DNA from: Candidatus Thorarchaeota archaeon
GTDB taxonomy: Archaea > Asgardarchaeota > Thorarchaeia > Thorarchaeales > Thorarchaeaceae
NCBI GenBank assembly: GCA_008080745.1
Contig: SHMX01000001.1
Coordinates: 570,001 to 602,000 of the forward strand
Direction of reading: 5' to 3'
Length of the DNA stretch: 32,000 nt
Shown here: positions 25,175 to 32,000 of the stretch, one piece after another
Layout: every line of letters starts with the position of its first letter
How positions within the stretch are numbered: position 1 is the first letter of the stretch
The notes under the pieces: generated by a model
Seen by the model: the letters and a program-made list of their open reading frames with translations, nothing else
What the model was told of the DNA's origin: nothing
Databases searched by the model: none
Translations under genes and position numbers: made by a program

Positions 25175-27394
25175 TCATGTTATCTTGGGATGGCTACGGA
25201 GAGACTCTATTGCTGATTTGATCTCCTCATGAGCAGTGAGAAAATCAAACCGTTCAACAATTTCAGCAATAGTTCTGCCTTCTCTATTGTATTCAATCAG
25301 GTATGCAATATCTGAGGCTCTACTCAACACAGCTTCACGAATTGCTTCATTTTTGAATAGATTCTCGGGGTTTTGAATGTCACATATCTCCCATGGTTCG
25401 TTGTGATGCAGAATTGCATATACAACAGCATCAACAATTTTCTGTGACTTGAGAAGTTCTTTGCACCAAGAGATTTGACTTATCACCTCGAAATTGTCAC
25501 GTCTTCGCTCTATGGCAAATACTAGATCATCAATACGACTCAGTATAGCTTTCATCAACGCTGGATGTTCCTCCAAAAACGGATAAACTGACGCATCGTT
25601 TATGATGAACCAACATTCCGCATAATCAGATATCTTTCTTATCAGACTTGTAGATAGTGTTTCCAATGCAGCACGGACGGACTCATTCTTGAGAATATCT
25701 TGAATGTAAGAGAGCGAATTCAAGGCAAGACGATATTCATTTCCTGTTAGCGTTTTCACAAGATTGGGAATGTTCTCTTCAATGCTTTTTGCGAAAAGAG
25801 GAGTGTCAATGATTCTCTTATCTTCATGAGCTATCTCGGCAATTAGCCAAGGCTGGTCTATATTAGTCAAAGAATCTAGAACCGCATCAACATAGTCCTG
25901 ACTTTCTGAGAAAAAGGGAATTTTGGATAGAGATTCCAAGTCATCAAAAGAACAGGTACCTGTCCGAACAGTTTCGTATATGTCATACGACCTCTGTGTT
26001 AATGCATCCATAACAGCGGGTTTGTCTTTGAACTGGGGAACTTTGAGAAGGAAATAAACAGGCTCGAAGGGATCATGATGGGTTCGGATGAATTTTGCAA
26101 TACTATCCACTACTGCAGGATGATTATACAACCAAGGTAAGTGGTCAGCAATTGACACAAATGGGTGATACCCATAGGGTTTCAGCATACATTGAATGAC
26201 CGCTTCCTTCCATTTTTCATCACGGAGGATACGCATAAACCAAGAGGAATGGACATAGAAAGGCATCAGTTCATAGATTGCAAATCCTTTCTTTACATCT
26301 TCAACAATCTCAGGAAGATTGTCATATAAAGCAGAATGTATTGGTTCATGTCCTATTAATTCTGGTACTTCTGAAATCAGAGCAATATAGGAGAGAGGTG
26401 GATTCTCTTGTGCGTAATATTCGACAAAATCATCCAGTTTTGAAATTAGTGATTCCGTTAAGTCATCACTCTGCATGACATGAGGTAAATCGTGAATGGG
26501 AACAAGAATATTCATCATATCAAGCCCATCCTTTGATGTAAGAGCATCCACAATAGCATGTTGAATCTCAGATTTGCTCGTTATTTCGTAATATCTTACA
26601 ATCAGATTGATGATATTCTTGGAAATCTCTGGATGTTTCAGAGACTCAACTATAGCATCCGTTATCATAGAATCATTTAGAAATTCAGGGTCAGAACAGA
26701 TACTCTCAACTGGAGTCCAGATTGTTTCAAAGCTTCTAGTCGCAGCAACAATATCTGGAAATCTTGACTTTATTGCAGCACGGATAGTTTCATTTTCTGC
26801 CAACAGACGAATGCCAAGAGCTGTCTTGATTAATATCCAAGGATTTTCGGAGGTCTTAATCTTTGACTCAATCGTTTTGATAGTGCTTTGCTCGTTGAAG
26901 AAGGAGGAGTGATTCTCAGCTACCTCAAGTACCGTTTCGGGATATTCACTGTTCTTCAGAAATTGAAGTAATGCATCCCTGAAAATGTCATGTTTGATGA
27001 GAATATCGAGGTAAGGTTGGAGTTGGTGTACCTGAGCCGGAGATGATGTAGTACGAACCTTTTCAACAATGCTCCTGAGAATATGTTCATCATCCAATAA
27101 CCACGGATAATGCTCAATATTTCCAAGGATTTCCCAATACATATCAGAGATGGAAATTCCTGCTGCAATGTTTTCTGCCGTACCTTTGATGATGTCATGA
27201 ACTTCGTCATTATCAGCAATGTCAGATTTTGCAAGATAACCAATTCCCCACCAAGGGCATTTAGAAGCCTTTACACGTTCCAATACTAGTTGAATATCTC
27301 GTTCAGCCAAATTATCAAAGATATTCTTCTCAATGGTTGTATCCCCACTTGGATTTCCATAATCAGAGTCACTATTCCTCGACACATCAAACAC
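25175..27394 (-). CDS. Alpha-solenoid repeat protein (~18-19 helical repeats)
   Basis: Recurring [DEN]PW.I...I...P.l...e.I..AI...i units of ~33 or ~40 aa; acidic and I/L-rich; no TM segment or signal peptide. Confidence 0.8.
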   Translation of the reverse strand: MFDVSRNSDSDYGNPSGDTTIEKNIFDNLAERDIQLVLERVKASKCPWWGIGYLAKSDIADNDEVHDIIKGTAENIAAGISISDMYWEILGNIEHYPWLLDDEHILRSIVEKVRTTSSPAQVHQLQPYLDILIKHDIFRDALLQFLKNSEYPETVLEVAENHSSFFNEQSTIKTIESKIKTSENPWILIKTALGIRLLAENETIRAAIKSRFPDIVAATRSFETIWTPVESICSDPEFLNDSMITDAIVESLKHPEISKNIINLIVRYYEITSKSEIQHAIVDALTSKDGLDMMNILVPIHDLPHVMQSDDLTESLISKLDDFVEYYAQENPPLSYIALISEVPELIGHEPIHSALYDNLPEIVEDVKKGFAIYELMPFYVHSSWFMRILRDEKWKEAVIQCMLKPYGYHPFVSIADHLPWLYNHPAVVDSIAKFIRTHHDPFEPVYFLLKVPQFKDKPAVMDALTQRSYDIYETVRTGTCSFDDLESLSKIPFFSESQDYVDAVLDSLTNIDQPWLIAEIAHEDKRIIDTPLFAKSIEENIPNLVKTLTGNEYRLALNSLSYIQDILKNESVRAALETLSTSLIRKISDYAECWFIINDASVYPFLEEHPALMKAILSRIDDLVFAIERRRDNFEVISQISWCKELLKSQKIVDAVVYAILHHNEPWEICDIQNPENLFKNEAIREAVLSRASDIAYLIEYNREGRTIAEIVERFDFLTAHEEIKSAIESLRSHPKIT

Positions 27395-27603
27395 CTAACG
27401 TAGAAAAGATTAGACTCGCGAAGTACTATTTCAAGTATAGGAGAAACAGACATGAATTAAGATAATTGTTTTGTTGAAAAAAGTGATAGAATCCTTCACA
27501 ATGTCATATAATGCCTTTTTATCATTCTAAAAACTCTATAAACCGCCCGCAACCCCAATATTAAAGAAGAAGTGAATAAACTATAATTAAGAGGATACAT
27601 ACA

Positions 27604-27807
27604 TTGTCAGTAGCCAAAATTATCGAGTTAGTTGGAACTTCAACAGAAAGTTTTGAACATGCAATACAGACGGCCCTCGAAACCGCATCACAGTCGATAA
27701 GACACATTCATGGCGTAGATGTTAGAAATATGACATGTGATGTCGAGGACGGTAAAATTACCGCGTACAAAGTGGATCTCAAAGTAGCTTTTCGCTACGA
27801 AGAGTAA
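27604..27807 (+). CDS. Dodecin-family protein (copy 1)
   Basis: AKIIELVGTSTESFEHAIQTALETAS..IR.....DV......EDGKI..YKVDLKVAF; TTG start with GAGGA RBS. Confidence 0.9.
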   Translation: MSVAKIIELVGTSTESFEHAIQTALETASQSIRHIHGVDVRNMTCDVEDGKITAYKVDLKVAFRYEE

Positions 27808-27814
27808 AGAAGAG

Positions 27815-27830
27815 AGGCTCTTTTGAGCCT
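27815..27830 (+). terminator. Terminator-like hairpin after dodecin 1
   Basis: AGGCTC-tttt-GAGCCT followed by tatttctatttttt. Confidence 0.55.
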
Positions 27831-27989
27831 TATTTCTATTTTTATTAAGCGGACAAATCAATACATTAAATGATTCATTAATAGTAAAATAAAGTATATT
27901 ATAATTTTTTATCCTTTATCGACTTTTCATAAACCCCAATGTTGAAAAAGGAGCGTTAAGAGTTGATTTTTAATTAGGAAGATAATATA

Positions 27990-28193
27990 GTGACCATAGC
28001 GAAAGTAATTGAATTGGTTGGAGTATCAACAGAGAGTTTCGATGATGCAATTGAATCGGCATTAGAAACTGCATCTGAGTCCATAAGAAACATACATGGT
28101 ATAGATGTAATTAGTATGAACTGCGATATAGAAGAGGGAAAAATAGTAAGATACAAGGTAAACCTCAAAGCTGCTTTTCGATATGAAAAGTAA
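27990..28193 (+). CDS. Dodecin-family protein (copy 2)
   Basis: 46/67 residues identical to copy 1 by manual alignment; GTG start. Confidence 0.9.
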   Translation: MTIAKVIELVGVSTESFDDAIESALETASESIRNIHGIDVISMNCDIEEGKIVRYKVNLKAAFRYEK

Positions 28194-28203
28194 AATAACT
28201 CAC

Positions 28204-28237
28204 GGGCTCAATTGAGTCCTCATCTTTTCTTTTTTTT
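28204..28237 (+). terminator. Terminator-like hairpin and U tract after dodecin 2
   Basis: GGGCTC-aatt-GAGTCC followed by tcatcttttcttttttt. Confidence 0.55.
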
Positions 28238-28391
28238 CATAGTTTTGTAGAATCACCAAAAAAGCTGAGTACATAATGATTGAAATGAAACCTATGAAAA
28301 AGATTGGCTTCATACACTGTTCTACACTTTGAAACAAAGAAATCCATCTGTTCTAAACTTTAGATTGAAGTAAATACCTGAGTACAACAAC

Positions 28392-30287
28392 ATGATTCAT
28401 ATGACACAGAAACCGCCAGAGATGTCTAAAAAACGATTCAGAAATAAAATCGTCCAACATATATTGATGGCATCGATTCTTGCGATAATCATTAGCTCAA
28501 CAATTATCGCTTTTGTGCCTATATCAACAATACCACAGACACAGATCATAGAGGGGGAGCAGGTAGCTGATCAGCAAGACACGATGTCTTTTCTTGAAGA
28601 TATAGAACAGCCTTTTGATGGCATGCTATTGAACGCCACACCATTTCCAGGTGATAGAAAATGGGACTTTGAGGCATACTCAATCGGAGGTGTTGCTCAG
28701 TATTCATATGCTGACAGAGAAACAGGTTTGCAGATTGATTATGAAGACACAGAGTTGGTGTTCTCAACAGATGTGAACATTCCACTTCACAATATCACAA
28801 GACTGAGTTTTGATGTCCAAATTGAGGTGTTACAAGGCATCACAAATCTTAGTATGTATGTAGGCATTGTGAGATGGAAAGAACTTCTTAGAGTTCCATT
28901 TAATAACACATTCTCGAATTTGACACGATATGCCTTGTATCAATATTCATCAGTTCCAGAGAGTTATACCTTACAAATAGAGATTCCTGTTTGGATGATT
29001 AGGAATGCGACTGATGACTGGATGGTCCAAGCCGATTTTAGAGTTAGATTGGACTCGATATACTCTTCGTCCATCATTGTGAAAAGCGCACAAGTATTGG
29101 CAGAATACGACATCGACCTCTATCCAGTTACTATAGACATGATTACATCCGAGGGAAATAGTCTTTATTCAAACCCCTATTCCCGTGAGCTCGGCCCCAC
29201 GCCGTATCTAAGTCTGACTGATACCACTCATGAAAATTATTCTAGGATATATATCTCAGTTGGAAATGAAACAATATACTTACCTCAGGGAGAATACGAA
29301 GGAATCATAGGTTGGCATGTATCATTCGACTATTGGGAGGCGAGTGCAACATCATTTGTGGTAGAGAATCAAAAAAGAACAATACTGCAAGCTCCAATTA
29401 GTACTCTAAAGTTGCAAATCGACCTCAGTCCGAGAGTACCCCATCTTCAGATGTCTGTCTTATTTTTCAATGAAAACTCAACTGCAAAGTTCAAGTATGG
29501 AGATGGGCCATGGATATCATATTCGTACTACCGCTTCTGGAATATGGCAGCACATGAAATAGACTATCTCTATATTCCTGCTATCATGGGGAAATTGATT
29601 CTAGGAATTAATGTGATGGATCAGATACTGTTCTTCAGTTCAGAAACAGATATTGACATCCAACAGGAGATTTCGGGATCGAACGACTTGATTCTTGACA
29701 TAGATCTAGCATATTTCGAATTTTTGGGAATAGCACTCTCACCAGGAGAGACTATAGTCATTACCATTGCGGTTTCAATAATGTTTGCAGCTATCATCAT
29801 GTTATGGAAAAATACGGAGGAACAAAAATGGATCTCACATCTAAAGAGCGTAAAATCTATTCCATTTTTATTATTACTGGGCAGTATATTTGTACCTTGG
29901 TTCATGGTAAATATACAAAGTGGTCCGTTTACTGATGTATATGAAATCAATTATCTAGCTTTTGTGCCTCTAATGCTATTAGTGACATGGAATGAGGGCA
30001 GTTTGATATTTCCCATTGGGTTCCCACAGAGTTTTGTAAGCATTATTGTGATAGCTCTATTCTGGGTTCCATTTTTGTCAATGTTATATGTAATAAGAGA
30101 GGACAATATTTGGCAGCTACGGATACCACATTTGATAGCCATGCTTGGCCCACTCGCTATGGTAGGATCATTTCTGATTGTAGCGAACCTGTTAGATGTG
30201 CCGTTGATTCTACTACCGGGTGTATATCTAGCAATTCTTGTTCCTGTATCATGGATAGGAACATATGCATTGAAGAAACACAACTAA
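28392..30287 (+). CDS. Membrane protein with N-terminal TM, ~410-aa beta-rich ectodomain and ~5 C-terminal TM helices
   Basis: Hydrophobicity pattern; several N-x-S/T sequons in the ectodomain. Confidence 0.8.
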   Translation: MIHMTQKPPEMSKKRFRNKIVQHILMASILAIIISSTIIAFVPISTIPQTQIIEGEQVADQQDTMSFLEDIEQPFDGMLLNATPFPGDRKWDFEAYSIGGVAQYSYADRETGLQIDYEDTELVFSTDVNIPLHNITRLSFDVQIEVLQGITNLSMYVGIVRWKELLRVPFNNTFSNLTRYALYQYSSVPESYTLQIEIPVWMIRNATDDWMVQADFRVRLDSIYSSSIIVKSAQVLAEYDIDLYPVTIDMITSEGNSLYSNPYSRELGPTPYLSLTDTTHENYSRIYISVGNETIYLPQGEYEGIIGWHVSFDYWEASATSFVVENQKRTILQAPISTLKLQIDLSPRVPHLQMSVLFFNENSTAKFKYGDGPWISYSYYRFWNMAAHEIDYLYIPAIMGKLILGINVMDQILFFSSETDIDIQQEISGSNDLILDIDLAYFEFLGIALSPGETIVITIAVSIMFAAIIMLWKNTEEQKWISHLKSVKSIPFLLLLGSIFVPWFMVNIQSGPFTDVYEINYLAFVPLMLLVTWNEGSLIFPIGFPQSFVSIIVIALFWVPFLSMLYVIREDNIWQLRIPHLIAMLGPLAMVGSFLIVANLLDVPLILLPGVYLAILVPVSWIGTYALKKHN

Positions 30288-30294
30288 TGGTAAG

Positions 30295-30750
30295 GTGCTA
30301 GAGATGACTAAAGATGATGAGCTAGATATTTCATTGGTCTTTGAATTGGGTGAAACAACGTGGAAGGTCTTGGTCACCATGCTTAGCATCAAGAAACCCA
30401 TAGGTCCCAGAGAGCTAGCTCGTCATCTTAATCTGAGCAGTCCCAGCGTGGCACTCTACCACCTTGACAAGCTCAAAGAACACGGGCTAGTAACAAAGGA
30501 TGTTCATGGCGAATATCAGATAGATCCAAAAGCAGACATAGGATTTCTGGATAATTTCCTATTTCTCAAGCAGAAGATCGTTCCACGGACTTTATTCTAT
30601 GCTGTATTCTTGACCATAGTTCTTGCAATATATGTAACCATTGTCAGATTTGACTATGGCATTCATAATGTGTTTGCCCTCGTTCTAGGTATTTCTGGTT
30701 GTGCTTTTCTATGGGCGGAAGTCATCCGAATTTGGAAAGGGCTTGTTTAA
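30295..30750 (+). CDS. Membrane-tethered winged-helix transcriptional regulator
   Basis: GETTWKVLVTML..KPIGPRELARHLNLSSPSVALYHLDKLKEHGLV...GEY, then two TM helices after VPRTLFYAVF. Alternative ATG at 30304. Confidence 0.85.
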   Translation: MLEMTKDDELDISLVFELGETTWKVLVTMLSIKKPIGPRELARHLNLSSPSVALYHLDKLKEHGLVTKDVHGEYQIDPKADIGFLDNFLFLKQKIVPRTLFYAVFLTIVLAIYVTIVRFDYGIHNVFALVLGISGCAFLWAEVIRIWKGLV

Positions 30751-30890
30751 TACGGGAAAATATTCCGGAAAACAAGATGTACAAGATAGAGACGTAATCC
30801 CATAAGCCCCACAATCAAAACGGCAGATAGAAATCTAATGCGATAGAATTCTCGTAATATTTAATAGTCACCGAACATTTCCCATATATT

Positions 30891-31382
30891 ATGAAATCGT
30901 TGAAGGGTAGAACCATTATTCTTGGTCTGGTTCTCATAATGGCTGTTAGCCTGTTACCAAGTTCTGTTGTTGCGTATTCCAGCAATAGCTCACTGTTATC
31001 AATAACCCATGCCGATTATGGTGACTTGGACGATGACGGAGCAGATGATGATGTAATTACAGAGGCCCGAATTGGGTCGCTCACCGGTTTTCCAGAATTC
31101 ATTATCTGTACAGTGACATTTACACTTACATTACCGTCAGGAGCCAATTATACAACTGACGTAGTGATATGTGGGATATATGATGTAGTAGATCTTACAA
31201 TCGAATGGTACGACCATGCAACCGAATCAGGATGGTATAAGATCCACGCAGAGATGGAATCAGTCACTATGTTATGGGAATTCTCAGCTGATGCATATGT
31301 TATATTCGACCCACCAGAAGAGGGTCCACCAGGTACACCCTGGGTAAGAGTCCTTGTAAATAACCAAGTACCCTTCTGGTAA
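30891..31382 (+). CDS. Secreted acidic beta-sandwich protein with a possible Ca2+-binding DxDxDG loop
   Basis: Signal peptide; YGDLDDDGADDDV; HATESGWY; FDPPEEGPPG. Confidence 0.8.
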   Translation: MKSLKGRTIILGLVLIMAVSLLPSSVVAYSSNSSLLSITHADYGDLDDDGADDDVITEARIGSLTGFPEFIICTVTFTLTLPSGANYTTDVVICGIYDVVDLTIEWYDHATESGWYKIHAEMESVTMLWEFSADAYVIFDPPEEGPPGTPWVRVLVNNQVPFW

Positions 31383-31411
31383 TCATGATACTTGTGGGGG
31401 AAACCACATAG

Positions 31412-32000
31412 TTGAGTAATGGCCTTACGGCCAATCATCTCAGAGTGTTAGTTGCTCTTCAACAAATACCCCTTGGTACGTATGACCAACTCTCCGAGAA
31501 AGTAGGCCTAGCAAAATCAGTAGTTTATGGATACGTCCAAGAGCTAGCAGAATGGCCTGGAACTGGAGAGTCCTACTTTGTAGTTGCTGCAAACCCACAC
31601 CTAGAAAATCTAGGACTGCAGCTAGTTGATGTACTTGTGGAGGCAGACAGTGAACCTAAGTTAGAAGCAGTCGAAAGGATTTGTCAGAAACACCCATACA
31701 CGGTATACAGAGCTAGATGTTTTGGAGACACTAATGGCATGCTAACCCAGTTCCGTATACCAATTGGAAACACAGGAAAAATAGAAGAACTCTTCGGCAA
31801 AGCATCAAAAAGAGGGGTTTGTGACGATTTCAAAATCTTACCTTTTGTCGATTCAACACCTACGTACACCACAATGGACATAGATCACTGGAACCATGAC
31901 ATAGGTCATTGGGAATTCAATTGGGAGAAATGGTTTTCAGAAGAAGCCAAACTTAATCAGCCAACAGAAACTAAGCAGGCCCTGGGCTCTGAGAAGTCTT
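31412..32000 (+). CDS. Lrp/AsnC-type winged-helix regulator (long form), partial at window end
   Basis: Manual translation from TTG 31412: MSNGLTANHLRVLVALQQIPLGTYDQLSEKVGLAKSVVYGYVQEL...NPHLENLGLQLVDVLV...HPYTVYRARCFGDTNG...; open to 32000 and not in the ORF track. Confidence 0.82.
   Translation, partial: MSNGLTANHLRVLVALQQIPLGTYDQLSEKVGLAKSVVYGYVQELAEWPGTGESYFVVAANPHLENLGLQLVDVLVEADSEPKLEAVERICQKHPYTVYRARCFGDTNGMLTQFRIPIGNTGKIEELFGKASKRGVCDDFKILPFVDSTPTYTTMDIDHWNHDIGHWEFNWEKWFSEEAKLNQPTETKQALGSEKS

Noticed and set aside
2804-30301. Numerous short antisense or overlapping ORFs in the track (e.g. 2998..3645, 15341..15628, 29621..29950, 29951..30283)
   Set aside because: They are shadows of well-supported genes on the opposite strand or frame.
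1-32000. CRISPR array, tRNA/rRNA, transposase or integrase
   Set aside because: No regularly spaced nucleotide repeats, cloverleaf or TpsiC motifs, or DDE/tyrosine-recombinase motifs were seen; the only long repeats are at the protein level.

Overview
AT-rich (~38% GC by eye) archaeal window. Gene content points to an Asgard archaeon, most likely Thorarchaeia (inference): a Rab-like small GTPase, several winged-helix and Lrp-type regulators, large sequon-rich surface proteins, and frequent TTG/GTG starts behind GGAG/GAGGTGA ribosome-binding sites. It is a mosaic of ~35 mostly unlinked genes. Housekeeping-type enzymes include YjbQ, an aldo/keto reductase, an LCM-type methyltransferase, a class II aldolase, a HAD hydrolase, a flavin reductase, MutY, a flavodoxin and a C-N hydrolase. 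I saw no rRNA, tRNA, CRISPR array or intact transposase. Most notable: (i) a 1455-aa membrane-anchored protein with 7 cadherin/HYR-like repeats, divergently paired across a perfect 16-bp palindrome with a doubly anchored M23-family peptidase; (ii) a Rab-like GTPase fused to an acidic linker and long coiled coil; (iii) a ~140-bp, 61% GC hairpin-rich intergenic island that fits no RNA family I could recognise; (iv) an RNase H-fold protein that has lost three of four catalytic acids; (v) tandem dodecins lacking the flavin-stacking Trp, duplicated with their upstream element and terminator; (vi) a 33/40-residue alpha-solenoid; (vii) a secreted C2-like protein. All family assignments come from motif recognition only, with no database search.
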